A stretch of 64,000 nucleotides of DNA from Alphaproteobacteria bacterium (GCA_965249135.1 OZ252220.1:1536001-1600000); one strand, 5' to 3'. Positions 1 to 10,416 are shown, numbered from the stretch's first letter. The notes: generated by a model from the letters alone, not told the origin. A program made the numbers and translations.

Positions 1-185
1 ACGTTCCGCAGAGCATCACGGACCCCTCGACCGCGCTGCCGGTCCAGATTTTCCTCTGGGCGGACAGCCCCGAGCGAGCCTTCGTCGAGCGCACGGCGGC
101 GGCCACGCTGGTCCTGCTGGCCTTCCTGATCACCATGAACGGGCTTGCCATCTACTTGCGCAAACGATTCGAGCGCCGCTGGTAG
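1..185 (+). CDS. pstA: Phosphate ABC transporter permease PstA, 3' end (partial)
   Basis: Frame 3 reads ..STALPVQIFLWADSPERAFVERTAAA..LRKRFERRW*, the typical alphaproteobacterial PstA C-terminus; directly upstream of pstB. Confidence 0.9.
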   Translation, partial: VPQSITDPSTALPVQIFLWADSPERAFVERTAAATLVLLAFLITMNGLAIYLRKRFERRW

Positions 186-200
186 GAGAAATCGGCTAAA

Positions 201-1097
201 ATGGAAGCGATGGAACGTCAAATCGACGAAAAGAACCAAGAGACCCTGGACACGCGCGCGGCGCGGAAACCGGTAAACACGGTTTCCATGCCCGCCACGG
301 CAAAGGGAGCAACGCCGTCACCAACGGAAGCTGGCGCATCGCCTCCGAAGATGTCGACGCGAAACCTCAACGTCTTCTACGATGACAAACAGGCATTGAC
401 GAATGTCGATCTCGACATCCGAAAAAACGAGGTCACCGCCCTTATCGGCCCGTCGGGCTGCGGGAAGTCGACCTTCTTGCGTTGCCTAAACCGGATGAAC
501 GATACGATCGAGGGCTGCCGCGTGACGGGAGCAGTGGCGCTCGATGGTCGGGATATTTATGAAAAGAGCCTCGACGTCGTCGAGTTGCGCGCCGAAATCG
601 GGATGGTCTTTCAAAAGCCGAACCCGTTCCCGAAATCGATTTACGAGAACGTCGCCTATGGCCCACGCATCCACGGACTTGTAAAAAACCGGGCCGAGCT
701 TGACGAGATCGTCATGACGAGCCTCGAGCGGGCGGGCCTGCTGAAAGAGGTGCAGGACCGCCTTCAGGAGCCGGGCACCAGCCTTTCCGGCGGTCAGCAG
801 CAGCGCCTCTGCATCGCCCGTGCGATCGCGGTGAGCCCGGAAGTGATCCTGATGGACGAGCCCTGTTCGTCGCTGGACCCTATCGCCACGGCCCGCATCG
901 AGGAGTTGATGGACGAGCTTCGCCAGAAATACACGATCGTCATCGTCACCCACGCGATGCAGCAGGCCGCGCGAGTCTCGCAACATACCGCCTTTTTCCA
1001 TCTTGGTGAGGTCGTCGAAGTTGGCGACACCGCGATGATCTTTACGAGCCCCAAGGATGAACGGACCCAAGGTTACATCACCGGCCGCTTCGGTTGA
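201..1097 (+). CDS. pstB: Phosphate ABC transporter ATP-binding protein
   Basis: Walker [23 protein letters not shown] signature, [22 protein letters not shown]-terminal YITGRFG. Confidence 0.97.
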   Translation: MEAMERQIDEKNQETLDTRAARKPVNTVSMPATAKGATPSPTEAGASPPKMSTRNLNVFYDDKQALTNVDLDIRKNEVTALIGPSGCGKSTFLRCLNRMNDTIEGCRVTGAVALDGRDIYEKSLDVVELRAEIGMVFQKPNPFPKSIYENVAYGPRIHGLVKNRAELDEIVMTSLERAGLLKEVQDRLQEPGTSLSGGQQQRLCIARAIAVSPEVILMDEPCSSLDPIATARIEELMDELRQKYTIVIVTHAMQQAARVSQHTAFFHLGEVVEVGDTAMIFTSPKDERTQGYITGRFG

Positions 1098-1126
1098 TCG
1101 GCGGGGAGAGGAAAGGGAGAAGTCCC

Positions 1127-1858
1127 ATGGCTTCGGAACATATTGTTAAATCCTACGACAACGAACTGAACCGTCTGAACCGGACGATCGTCGAAATGGG
1201 CGGCCTGGCGGAATCCCAACTAGCGGCCGCCATTCATGCATTCAGCGAGCAAGACGACGTGCTTTCCGCCAGCGTCATTGAAGAAGACGATAAGGTGGAC
1301 GAGCTCAATTTCGACGTTGACCAGTTCGCCGTCCAGTTGCTCGCGCTTCGCCAGCCGATGGCGGAGGACCTTCGCAGCATCGTCGGCGCCTTGAAAATTT
1401 CAAGTGACCTGGAACGGATCGCCGATTATGCCGTGAACATCGCCAAGCGTGTCATCGTGATGAACGAATACCCACCTGCCAAGCTTGCCGCCGGCATTCC
1501 GCGCATGGCGGGCCTCGTCCAGCCCATGATCAAGGACGTGCTGGACGCCTATGTGGCGCGTGATTCGAAAAAGGCCATGGAAGTCTGGAATCGCGACATC
1601 GAAGTCGACGACATGTATATGAGTCTGTTCCGTGAATTCCTGACCTATATGATGGAGGATTCACGGAACATCACGCCTTGCACGCATCTTCTTTTCATGG
1701 CGAAGAACATCGAGCGCATCGGCGACCACGTGACGAACATCGCAGAAACGATCTATTTCCTCGTTCACGGCAAGCGGATGCGGGAGCATCGGCCGACGAT
1801 CGACGAGGGAAATTCCATTGTTACGCCGCTCGCCGCTCGTAGTAAACTGGAGGGATGA
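1127..1858 (+). CDS. phoU: Phosphate signalling protein PhoU
   Basis: EHIVKSYD start, ALRQPMAEDLR, SDLERIADYA and KNIERIGDH repeats; ATG 1127 after purine-rich SD. Confidence 0.96.
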   Translation: MASEHIVKSYDNELNRLNRTIVEMGGLAESQLAAAIHAFSEQDDVLSASVIEEDDKVDELNFDVDQFAVQLLALRQPMAEDLRSIVGALKISSDLERIADYAVNIAKRVIVMNEYPPAKLAAGIPRMAGLVQPMIKDVLDAYVARDSKKAMEVWNRDIEVDDMYMSLFREFLTYMMEDSRNITPCTHLLFMAKNIERIGDHVTNIAETIYFLVHGKRMREHRPTIDEGNSIVTPLAARSKLEG

Positions 1859-2553
1859 AACCACTTCTCCTCATCGTCGAGGACGAAGAAACCCTGGTCA
1901 CCTTGCTTCGCTACAACCTCGAAGGGGAAGGCTATCGGGTGGCCGTGGCGAAGAATGGCGAAGACGCCCTTCTGCTTGCCAAGGAAGAAACCCCCGACCT
2001 CATCCTGTTGGATTGGATGCTGCCGCTGCTTTCCGGTATCGAAGTTTGCCGCCGGCTCCGGCGCGGCAGCGCGACACGGCACATCCCCATCCTCATGCTG
2101 ACGGCAAAGGGCGAAGAAGCGGACAAGATTCGCGGCCTGGATACCGGTGCCGACGACTACGTGACGAAGCCCTTCAGTCCGACCGAGTTGGTGGCCCGGG
2201 TCCGCGCTCTTCTGCGCCGTTCGCGACCGGCTCTTGGCGAAGAGAAGCTTGAAATCGGCAATCTGACGATGGACCTCGCCAGCCATCGCGTCCGCCGGGG
2301 GGATCGCGAGATCGTGCTCGCACCGACGGAATTCCGGCTGCTCCGCCACTTCCTGGAACACCCCGGCCGCGTGTTCGACCGCGAGCAACTCCTAAACGCC
2401 GTCTGGGGCCAGGACGTCTATATCGAGCTTCGCACCGTCGATGTCCACATCCGTCGCCTGCGCCGCGCGCTCAACGCCGATAGCGAGACGGACTTCATCC
2501 GAACCGTGCGCGGCGCCGGCTACGCGCTCGAGGAAGAACGCGTCACTCAATAA
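1855..2553 (+). CDS. phoB: Phosphate regulon response regulator PhoB
   Basis: REC domain (LLDWMLP, GADDYVTKPFS) plus wHTH (RTVDVHIRRLR); ATGA overlap with phoU. Confidence 0.96.
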   Translation: MKPLLLIVEDEETLVTLLRYNLEGEGYRVAVAKNGEDALLLAKEETPDLILLDWMLPLLSGIEVCRRLRRGSATRHIPILMLTAKGEEADKIRGLDTGADDYVTKPFSPTELVARVRALLRRSRPALGEEKLEIGNLTMDLASHRVRRGDREIVLAPTEFRLLRHFLEHPGRVFDREQLLNAVWGQDVYIELRTVDVHIRRLRRALNADSETDFIRTVRGAGYALEEERVTQ

Positions 2554-3662
2554 ATCGCAGATTCCGGCGGTACGGCTGGAAGGTTCAAGGCCCGGCCCAC
2601 CGCCTTATGGGTAATCCGGCCCTTGTGCACGTTCAACCCATGGAGCAGGTGCGCATCCTCGGCCATCGCCACCCGATAGCCCTTGTCCGCCAAGTCCAGC
2701 ACGAAGGGAAGCGTCGCATTGTTCAGCCCAAGGGCGGAGGTCCGGGCGACGGCGCCCGGCATGTTCGTGACACAGTAATGAACGACGCCATCGACGATAT
2801 AGGTGGGCTTTGCATGATTCGTCGGCCGGCTCGTCTCGAAGCAGCCCCCCTGATCGATCGCCACGTCGACCAGGACGGAGCCCCGGCGCATGTGCTTCAC
2901 CATCGTCTCCGTGACGAGCTTTGGCGCCGAGGCGCCTGCCACGAGGACGGCGCCGATCACGAGGTCCGCATCCAGCACGTAAGTCTCGATCGAATCGACC
3001 GTCGAGAAAATCGTGTTCAACTGCCCCCCGAAACGAAAATCCAGGTCGTAAAGACGGGGCAGCGACTTGTCGATGACGGTGACATAGGCGTCCATGCCCA
3101 TCGACATGCGGGCGGCGTTCGTGCCGACGACCCCGCCGCCCAGGATCACCACCTTGGCCGGCGGCACCCCCGGCACGCCGCCGAGCAGAAGGCCGACGCC
3201 GCCCTGTTCCTTCTCCAAGCAGTGGGCGCCGACCTGAATCGCCATCCGCCCGGCCACCTCGCTCATGGGAGCGAGCAACGGCAGTCCGCCCATCGCATCC
3301 GTCACCGTTTCATAGGCAATCGCGATGGCGCCGGTTTCCATCAGGGACCGGGCCGCCACCGGTTCCGCCGCCAGGTGCAGATAGGTAAAAAGGATCTGGC
3401 CCTCGCGAAGGAGGGGAAATTCCTCCGGTTGCGGCTCCTTCACCTTGACGATCATTTCCGCCTCGCGGAAGACCTCTCCGGCGTCCGCCACGACCTTCGC
3501 GCCGACGTTCTTGTAGGCAGTGGCGTCGAAGCCGCTTCCTACGCCTGCGTTCGCCTCCACAATCACCTCGTGCCCGTGGTGGACAAGCTCGCGAACGCTT
3601 GCCGGCACGAGGCCGACGCGATGCTCCTGGATTTTAATTTCCTTCGGAACGCCGATCCGCAC
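2547..3662 (-). CDS. ald: Alanine dehydrogenase
   Basis: [46 protein letters not shown] motifs. Confidence 0.96.
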   Translation of the reverse strand: MRIGVPKEIKIQEHRVGLVPASVRELVHHGHEVIVEANAGVGSGFDATAYKNVGAKVVADAGEVFREAEMIVKVKEPQPEEFPLLREGQILFTYLHLAAEPVAARSLMETGAIAIAYETVTDAMGGLPLLAPMSEVAGRMAIQVGAHCLEKEQGGVGLLLGGVPGVPPAKVVILGGGVVGTNAARMSMGMDAYVTVIDKSLPRLYDLDFRFGGQLNTIFSTVDSIETYVLDADLVIGAVLVAGASAPKLVTETMVKHMRRGSVLVDVAIDQGGCFETSRPTNHAKPTYIVDGVVHYCVTNMPGAVARTSALGLNNATLPFVLDLADKGYRVAMAEDAHLLHGLNVHKGRITHKAVGRALNLPAVPPESAIY

Positions 3663-3679
3663 GGTCCGTCTCCCTTAAA

Positions 3680-4966
3680 TCAACGCCATCCTATCGCCGA
3701 TCCAGGCCTGCGCCGAATCCAAAGCAGCAAGAAAAGGCCGGGAAGCGCTGCCGCCGTGGTCAGCAGGAAGAAGGTGATCCAGTCCGTCTGATCCGCGAGC
3801 CAACCACCCGGTGCCGAAAGCAGCGTGCGGCCGAAGGACATCAACGATGAAAGAAGCGCATACTGGGTCGCCGTGTAGGCGACGTGACAAAGGGACGAGA
3901 GATAGGCGACGAAGGCCGCCGTTCCCATCCCACCGGCGAGATTTTCGAATCCGATCGTGACAAAGAGAAGACCCAGGTCGCTGCCCATGGCGGCCTGAAC
4001 CGCGAACATCGCGTTCGAGGCCATCTGCAGGATGCCGGCGATCAGCAAACTCTCGAGGATGCCATAGCGGGCCACCAGCCCGCCGCCAATAAGCGCGCCA
4101 AGAAGCGTCGCACCCAGGCCGAAGAGTTTGCTGACATTGGCGATCTCGATCTTCGTGAAGCCGATTTCTAGATAGAAAGGGTTCGCCATGACGCCGGCGA
4201 TCGCATCTCCGAACTTGTAGAAGACGACGAAAGCCAAAATCACCACCCATTGGGGCCGGGCCAGGAAATCCGTGAAAGGCGCGACAACGGCTTCCCGGAA
4301 CCAGTGAAGAACCCTTTGAAAACCCTCATCTTTTATGGGCGCTCCCTTGGGTTCGCCGGGCTCCGGCGAAAGAAGAATCGTGACCATGCCAACCACCACG
4401 AAGCCCGCCATGCCAAGGTAGGCCGCCTCCCAATCGAAATAGGAGGCGAGGTAGAGCGCGCCGGCGCCGGCCACCAGAAGACCGACGCGATAGCCAAAGA
4501 CGAGCGTCGCAGCACCCGCCCCGTAAAGCCGTTCCTCGAGGATCTCGACCCGATAGGCATCGATCACGATGTCCTGACTCGCCGAACAAAAGGCGACGAC
4601 CAGCGCCCAGATCGCCGTCGTCACGGGTGCCCTTGCCGGGTCCGTGTAGCCCAAGCCGATGAGCGCAAGGATCAGGCAAAGCTGGGTAAGTACGACCCAG
4701 CCCCGGCGCCGGCCGAGCGTGCGCGTGAAGAACGGCACGGGCAGCTTGTCGATCAGCGGCGCCCACAAAAACTTGAAGGCGTAAGGCAGGCCGACGAGCG
4801 CGAAGATCCCGATCGCCGTCTTCGTCACTCCGCTTTCCGTGAGACGCACGGCAAGGGTTGAAGCGGTAAGAAGAAGGGGAAGGCCGCTGACGAATCCTAA
4901 AAAGAGGAGCCGGATGACCCGTGGATCCCGATAGACTTCCACCGCCTCGAACAACCGATTGTGCAA
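3680..4966 (-). CDS. ampG: AmpG-family muropeptide MFS permease
   Basis: GFVSGLPLLL, KFLWAP, GRRRGW, SASQDIVIDAYRVE, ATQYALLSS; TTG 4966 has GAGGAG SD (ORF-track start is 4981). Confidence 0.92.
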   Translation of the reverse strand: MHNRLFEAVEVYRDPRVIRLLFLGFVSGLPLLLTASTLAVRLTESGVTKTAIGIFALVGLPYAFKFLWAPLIDKLPVPFFTRTLGRRRGWVVLTQLCLILALIGLGYTDPARAPVTTAIWALVVAFCSASQDIVIDAYRVEILEERLYGAGAATLVFGYRVGLLVAGAGALYLASYFDWEAAYLGMAGFVVVGMVTILLSPEPGEPKGAPIKDEGFQRVLHWFREAVVAPFTDFLARPQWVVILAFVVFYKFGDAIAGVMANPFYLEIGFTKIEIANVSKLFGLGATLLGALIGGGLVARYGILESLLIAGILQMASNAMFAVQAAMGSDLGLLFVTIGFENLAGGMGTAAFVAYLSSLCHVAYTATQYALLSSLMSFGRTLLSAPGGWLADQTDWITFFLLTTAAALPGLFLLLWIRRRPGSAIGWR

Positions 4967-5000
4967 GCAAGGTCTCCTCAAGCCTTCGGGGGTTGGAGGG

Positions 5001-6008
5001 TCAACCGAGCACGCCCAATCCCATCCGCTCGGCGATCAATTGATCGAGCGAGGCTTCCGGACGCGCACCGAAATGGCCGATAACCTCGGCCGCACAGATG
5101 CCGCCGATCCGCCCGCAGACGGCGAGCCCATGCCCCCGGCTAAGCCCGAAAAGAAAGCCCGCCGCGAACAGATCGCCGGCGCCGGTGGTGTCCACCACGC
5201 GATTGATCGGTTCCGCATCGATCACGTGCACCTCCTCGCCGGCGACGATGACGGAGCCCTTCTCGCTTCGGGTCAGCGCCGCCACCTCGCAACGCTCGCG
5301 GATCTGCTGCAGGGCCTGATCGAAGCTTTTCACCTGATAGAGGGAAAGGATCTCGATCTCGTTCGCGAACAAGATGTCGACATGCGCCTCGACGAGGTCC
5401 TGGAAGGATTGCCGGTGGCGTTCGACACAAAAGGGATCCGAAAGCGTCAGCGCCACCTTGTTGCCGGCCTCGTGGGCGATTTCGGAGGCCAGCACGAACG
5501 CCTCCTTCGCCGGCGGTTCGTCCCAGAGATAGCCCTCGAGGTAGGTGAGCTTCGCGCGCCGCACGAAGCCATGGTCGATGTCGCCGGGCCCAAGGCCCAC
5601 GGACGCGCCGAGATAGGTTTCCATCGTCCGCTGGGCGTCCGGTGTCACGAAGATGAGGCAGCGGGCCGTTGGCGGGCCGGCGATCGCCGACGGGGTTGGA
5701 AACTCGACATCGGCGGCGGAAATGTCATGGTGGAAGATCCCGCCGAGCTGATCGTTCCGGACCTTGCCGATATAGCCCGCCGTCCCGCCCAGCTGTGCGA
5801 ATCCGACCATCGTGTTCGCGGCCGAACCGCCGGAGATCTCGACGGCAGGTCCCATGCCCTCGTAAAGGAACTCGGCGCGCGCCGCATCGATCAGCGTCAT
5901 CACGCCTTTCGCGAGCTCGAGATCGACGAGATCTTTTTCTTCCGCATGGCTGATCACGTCGACGATGGCATTGCCGATGCCGACGACGTCGAGCGGAGCT
6001 TCTCCCAT
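5001..6008 (-). CDS. PfkB-family carbohydrate kinase (adenosine kinase-like)
   Basis: GIGNAIVD, GGSAANT, YLEGYLWD, DTTGAGDLFAAGFL. Confidence 0.9.
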   Translation of the reverse strand: MGEAPLDVVGIGNAIVDVISHAEEKDLVDLELAKGVMTLIDAARAEFLYEGMGPAVEISGGSAANTMVGFAQLGGTAGYIGKVRNDQLGGIFHHDISAADVEFPTPSAIAGPPTARCLIFVTPDAQRTMETYLGASVGLGPGDIDHGFVRRAKLTYLEGYLWDEPPAKEAFVLASEIAHEAGNKVALTLSDPFCVERHRQSFQDLVEAHVDILFANEIEILSLYQVKSFDQALQQIRERCEVAALTRSEKGSVIVAGEEVHVIDAEPINRVVDTTGAGDLFAAGFLFGLSRGHGLAVCGRIGGICAAEVIGHFGARPEASLDQLIAERMGLGVLG

Positions 6009-6026
6009 GCGTCTTTCCCCCGCCTT

Positions 6027-6050
6027 CCTAACGCGTCTGCCTAACGCGTC
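6027..6050. repeat. Tandem duplication CCTAACGCGTC x2 (13-bp period)
   Basis: cctaacgcgtc-tg-cctaacgcgtc in the divergent intergenic region. Confidence 0.85.
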
Positions 6051-6148
6051 GGACCTTATCCTCCCGTTTGCGCCACGACAAGGCGCCCTTGCCGGGGAAA
6101 GGAGCGGCCGGTAAAGGTAGAGTTCGACGTAAACGCGCGAGATCGCCC

Positions 6149-6814
6149 ATGGCTCATGCCTTCTTCCGAACCCTTCGCCAACTTGCCGACCCGGCCTTTC
6201 GTGGTCTTCTCGTTCGCGGCATCGGGCTTGCCATCGGAGCGATGGTGTGTCTCTGGATCCTCGCCTGGATTCTCTTTCGTACGACGACGGTTTTCGAGAC
6301 CGGCTGGCTCGAGGGGCTTTTCGACATCGGCGGGTTCGCAGCCGCCTTCTTGCTGACGGTGCTGCTGTTTCCTGGCTTCGTCACGTTAAGCTTGAGCTTC
6401 TTTCTGGAGGACGTGCTTGCGGCGATCGAACGGCGCGATTATCCGAACCTGCCGCCGCCGAGACGCCAGGGTTTCATCGAGATACTGTTCACGACGGCAA
6501 AGTTCACCGGCATCCTGATCCTTCTCAACCTGCTCGTGCTGCCGGTTTATCTCCTGCCGATTCTCGGAGCCGTGCCGTATCTTGCGATCAACGGCTATCT
6601 CTTGGGGCGTGAATATATGGAACTGGTTCAGGCCCGGCGTCTTGCAGCCAGCGAAGCAAAGGCCTTCCGGGCTCGGCATTGGGGAAGTATTTTCAGCGCC
6701 GGCATGACGATCGCGGTCTTCTCCACCATCCCCGGCCTCAACCTGGCCGCGCCGGCCCTTGGGCCGGCGCTTGCGCTGCACCTCTTCGAGCGCCTTCGGG
6801 AGAAGACGGCATGA
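6149..6814 (+). CDS. EI24/CysZ-like membrane protein
   Basis: Hydrophobic segments; FFLEDVLAAIE, NGYLLGREY, IPGLNLAAP motifs; start moved to ATG 6149. Confidence 0.8.
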   Translation: MAHAFFRTLRQLADPAFRGLLVRGIGLAIGAMVCLWILAWILFRTTTVFETGWLEGLFDIGGFAAAFLLTVLLFPGFVTLSLSFFLEDVLAAIERRDYPNLPPPRRQGFIEILFTTAKFTGILILLNLLVLPVYLLPILGAVPYLAINGYLLGREYMELVQARRLAASEAKAFRARHWGSIFSAGMTIAVFSTIPGLNLAAPALGPALALHLFERLREKTA

Positions 6815-7215
6815 GGCGCCGCCTTGCCGCGCTGCGTTGCCGCACTTGGCGCCTCGCCTGGTTGCTGCCGGTGGCCGTTCTGGGATGCGAAGGGGTGATG
6901 CTGCCCAAAGGCGATTTCGAGCGCGCGGCGGCGCCCACCGCCATCGCCTCGCGAGCGACCCCGACGGAACTCGTCGGCCTTAATAAGGAAAATGTGCAGG
7001 ACCTGCTTGGCGAGCCGCAACTCATCCGTCGCGACGGCCCGGCGGAGGTATGGCAGTACACGGCGAACGCCTGCATCCTGGATCTTTTTCTTTACGAAGT
7101 CGGTGAGAAGCATCGCGTCGAATATATGGAGCTGCGTACCCAACCGGGCGAAGCCTTTCCAAAAGAACGCTGTTACGAGCAACTTCGCCAAGCAAAGAAA
7201 AAATCGCCTGCCTAG
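6811..7215 (+). CDS. Hypothetical lipoprotein (SmpA/BamE-like motif)
   Basis: ATGA overlap with the upstream gene; Arg-rich signal with lipobox VLGC; VGLNKENVQDLLGEP..EVWQY..CILDLFLY. Confidence 0.7.
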   Translation: MRRRLAALRCRTWRLAWLLPVAVLGCEGVMLPKGDFERAAAPTAIASRATPTELVGLNKENVQDLLGEPQLIRRDGPAEVWQYTANACILDLFLYEVGEKHRVEYMELRTQPGEAFPKERCYEQLRQAKKKSPA

Positions 7216-7217
7216 AA

Positions 7218-7853
7218 TCAGGCGATCGTCTTCGCCTCATATCCACAAAACTTGCGAACGATGCAGTTCGGGCAATCGGGCTTCCGCGCCTTGCACACGT
7301 AGCGCCCATGCAGGATGAGCCAGTGATGGGCATGACCACGGTATTTTTTTGGAACATGCTTCAACAAGGCTTCCTCGACGGCAAGCGGTGTCTTCCCGAG
7401 CGCAAGTCCCGTCCGGTTGCTAAGACGAAAGATGTGCGTATCGACGGCAATCGTCGGCTCGCCGAAAGCGATGTTCAAAACAACGTTTGCCGTTTTTCTC
7501 CCAACGCCCGGCAGGCTTTCCAGTGCGGCGCGATCCTTCGGCACTTTGCCATCGAAGCGTTCGATTAGCATCTTGCTTAGACGCAGGATGTTCCTTGCCT
7601 TCGTGTTGAAGAGGCCGATCGTGCGAATGGATGCGCGAAGTTTCCTTTCCCCCAGCTTCACCATCTTCTCCGGCGAATCGACGCGGGCAAAGAGCGGCCG
7701 GGTTGCCTTGTTCACACCGACATCCGTGGCCTGGGCGGAAAGGACGACGGCGACGAGCAGGGTGTAGGGATTGGTGTATTCGAGTTCGCCCTTCGGCTTC
7801 GGATTCGCCTTGGCCAGGGCCACAAAAAACTTCTCGACCTTCGCGTTAACCAT
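7218..7853 (-). CDS. nth: Endonuclease III
   Basis: LLVAVVLSAQATD, HhH LPGVGRKTA, VDTH, CKARKPDCPNCIVRKFC 4Fe-4S motif. Confidence 0.97.
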   Translation of the reverse strand: MVNAKVEKFFVALAKANPKPKGELEYTNPYTLLVAVVLSAQATDVGVNKATRPLFARVDSPEKMVKLGERKLRASIRTIGLFNTKARNILRLSKMLIERFDGKVPKDRAALESLPGVGRKTANVVLNIAFGEPTIAVDTHIFRLSNRTGLALGKTPLAVEEALLKHVPKKYRGHAHHWLILHGRYVCKARKPDCPNCIVRKFCGYEAKTIA

Positions 7854-7933
7854 GCCGCGAGCCTATCGGCTTATGGAAGGTACGAAAAGCCGTTTGGCTT
7901 TGGCTTGACCTGAAATCTCGCTAAACTATCGGG

Positions 7934-8458
7934 ATGGAGGAAACGAACGTTGAAAGTGACGAGGTCGAGGCAAAGCCCGTCCTCTTCTATGCCGAGATGC
8001 GCCCTCACCGAAGCTTGAGTCCGATGGGGTTCTGGATTCTCATGGCCGCCATCGGCGGCGTAAGCTTCGTCACCGGCATGGCGTTCCTTCTGGCGGGCGC
8101 GTGGCCGGTCTTTGGCTTCTTTGGGCTCGACTTTCTGCTCGTCTATGTTTTCTTCCGCTTGAACTACAGGGAAGCTCGCGCCTTCGAGACGCTGACATTG
8201 ACGGAAACGGAACTGCTGTTTCGCAAGGTGAGCCCGAAAGGAAAAGTCCGCTCTCACCGGTTCGAGCCCTACTGGCTGCGCGTCAAGATCGATGCGCCCT
8301 CTCAAACGCAAAGCCGGCTGACGCTTTCCTCCCACGGAAAGGCGGTCGAGATCGGCGCCTTCCTCACGGCGGATGAGAAGGTCGATCTGGCTCATGAAAT
8401 TCGCGAAGCACTTCGTCACCAACGCGAGCGCATCGAACCGGCCGCAGGCCTAGTCTAA
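7934..8458 (+). CDS. DUF2244-family membrane protein
   Basis: PHRSLSPMGF, GAWPVFGFFGLD, EIGAFL motifs. Confidence 0.85.
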   Translation: MEETNVESDEVEAKPVLFYAEMRPHRSLSPMGFWILMAAIGGVSFVTGMAFLLAGAWPVFGFFGLDFLLVYVFFRLNYREARAFETLTLTETELLFRKVSPKGKVRSHRFEPYWLRVKIDAPSQTQSRLTLSSHGKAVEIGAFLTADEKVDLAHEIREALRHQRERIEPAAGLV

Positions 8459-9205
8459 GCCCAGCACGTCTTCCATGCCGTAACGGCCGGGGGGCTGATC
8501 CAGCACCCAGCGCGCCGCGTGCACGGCGCCGCGGGCAAACACGCGGCGCGAGGTCGCCTCGTGCGTAAGTTCTAGCCGCTCGCCCTCGCCGGCGAAGATG
8601 ACGGTGTGCTCACCGACGAGATCGCCCGCCCGGATCGCCGCCATCGCAATCCTGTCCTTCTTGCGCCCACCGGCTTCGGCCGCCGCCCGAAGTGCCAACG
8701 CCGTTCCGGAAGGGGCATCCACCTTGTGGCGGTGATGCATTTCGGAAACGGCGACGTCGTACGTGTCGTCGAGGACGCCGGCCGCCTGCCGAGTCAGCGC
8801 GAATAGCAGGTTGACGGCGAGGCTCATGTTCGGCGCCTGGACGATGGCAACCGAGCCCGCCGCCTCATTAATTGCCTTTTCCTCTGCCGGCCCAAGCCCG
8901 GTCGTTCCGATGACAAGCGGGGTCTTCGTCTCGGTGGCAAGTTTGACATGGGCGGCCGTTCCCGCCGGCAGCGTGAAGTCGATTGCGACCTCCGAGGCTT
9001 CGAAGAGGGCGGCGATGTCGTGGGTGACGGCGACGCCAAGGGGCGAAAGGTCGGCCAACGTGCCTGCGTCTTTGCCGATCGCGTCCGAGCCGGCCACGTC
9101 GGCGGCGGCGGCAAGGGCAAGGCCTTCCCCTTCCGCAACTTCGCGAACGAGCATCCGGCCCATTCGGCCGGCCGCACCCAGAACGCCGATCTTGATCGTC
9201 GCCAT
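8450..9205 (-). CDS. dapB: 4-hydroxy-tetrahydrodipicolinate reductase
   Basis: GAAGRMG, IDFT, VIGTTG, EMHHRHKVDAPSGTA, FARGA. Confidence 0.95.
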   Translation of the reverse strand: MATIKIGVLGAAGRMGRMLVREVAEGEGLALAAAADVAGSDAIGKDAGTLADLSPLGVAVTHDIAALFEASEVAIDFTLPAGTAAHVKLATETKTPLVIGTTGLGPAEEKAINEAAGSVAIVQAPNMSLAVNLLFALTRQAAGVLDDTYDVAVSEMHHRHKVDAPSGTALALRAAAEAGGRKKDRIAMAAIRAGDLVGEHTVIFAGEGERLELTHEATSRRVFARGAVHAARWVLDQPPGRYGMEDVLGLD

Positions 9206-9285
9206 TGCCGTTTCTCTTAAGCTTCGCCGGGATTTAAGCACAAGGCCTTGGGAAGGCGGAGGAAATTTTCGGAAAGGAGGAAGCC

Positions 9286-10416
9286 TTAGTCGCGAAGATC
9301 GTCCCAGAGTTCCTTCACCTTGTCGAGGAACCCTTCCGATGCGGGAGACATCTTCTTTGGATTGCCGGATTTTTCAAATTCACGCAGCAATTCCTGCTGG
9401 CGTTTCGTGAGGTTGACCGGCGTCTCGATGGCGGCGTCGATATACATGTCGCCCCGCCCACCCCCACGAAGTTTGGCCATCCCCTTGGCCTTCAGGCGGA
9501 ATTGCCGGCCCGTCTGGGCACCGGAGGGGATGGTGACACGGGCCCGCGTGCCATCGATCGTCGGCACCTCGATCGTCCCGCCAAGGGCTGCCGTCGTCAT
9601 CGGGATCGGCGCCTGGCAGTAAAGGTGGAGGCCTTGGCGCCGGAAGAAGCGGTGCGGCTGGATCGAAATGAAAAGGTAAAGATCGCCGACCGGTCCGCCA
9701 CGCAAGCCCGCCTCGCCCTCGCCGGCAAGCCGGATGCGCATGCCATCCTCGACGCCGGCCGGGATCGTCACGGAGAGCTTCTTCTCCTTCTGTACCCGAC
9801 CCAATCCATTGCAGGCCGTGCAGGGATCCTCGATGACACGGCCCACGCCATGGCAGGTTGGGCAGGTGCGCTCGATCGTGAAGAAGCCCTGCTGGGCGCG
9901 AACCTTGCCGGCCCCGTGGCAGGTCGTACAGGCCACCGGGCCCGCGCCGGCTGCCGCGCCGCTTCCTTTGCAGGTCGTACACGCCACAAGGGTGGGCACG
10001 CGGATCTCCGCCTGCTTGCCGCGGAAGGCTTCTTCGAGGGCGACTTCGAGATTGTAGCGAAGGTCGGAACCGCGCCCGGCACCTTGGCCCGCTTCCCCCC
10101 TGAAGCCAAAATCGCCGAACATCTCATCGAAGATGTCGGCGAAGCCGGTGAAGTCCCCGGCCCCCGGCCGGCCCGCGTGGGGGCCACCGGCCTCGAACGC
10201 GGCATGGCCGAAACGGTCGTAAGCCGCACGCTTCTGTTCGTCCTTCAGGACGTCGTAGGCTTCGTTGACATCTTTGAATTTTTGCTCGGCGGATTTGTCA
10301 TCCGGGTTGCGATCCGGATGATAGTTCATCGCCAGTTTGCGGTAGGCCTTCTTGATGTCCTCCGCGCCGGCGTTTTGCTGGACGCCCAGAGCTTCGTAGT
10401 AGTCACGTTTGGCCAT
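9286..10416 (-). CDS. dnaJ: Chaperone DnaJ
   Basis: J-domain HPD, G/F region, four CxxCxGxG repeats. Confidence 0.98.
   Translation of the reverse strand: MAKRDYYEALGVQQNAGAEDIKKAYRKLAMNYHPDRNPDDKSAEQKFKDVNEAYDVLKDEQKRAAYDRFGHAAFEAGGPHAGRPGAGDFTGFADIFDEMFGDFGFRGEAGQGAGRGSDLRYNLEVALEEAFRGKQAEIRVPTLVACTTCKGSGAAAGAGPVACTTCHGAGKVRAQQGFFTIERTCPTCHGVGRVIEDPCTACNGLGRVQKEKKLSVTIPAGVEDGMRIRLAGEGEAGLRGGPVGDLYLFISIQPHRFFRRQGLHLYCQAPIPMTTAALGGTIEVPTIDGTRARVTIPSGAQTGRQFRLKAKGMAKLRGGGRGDMYIDAAIETPVNLTKRQQELLREFEKSGNPKKMSPASEGFLDKVKELWDDLRD

Noticed and set aside
201-350. Low-complexity N-terminal extension of PstB
   Set aside because: Variable extensions and start ambiguity are common for PstB; no separate domain is evident.
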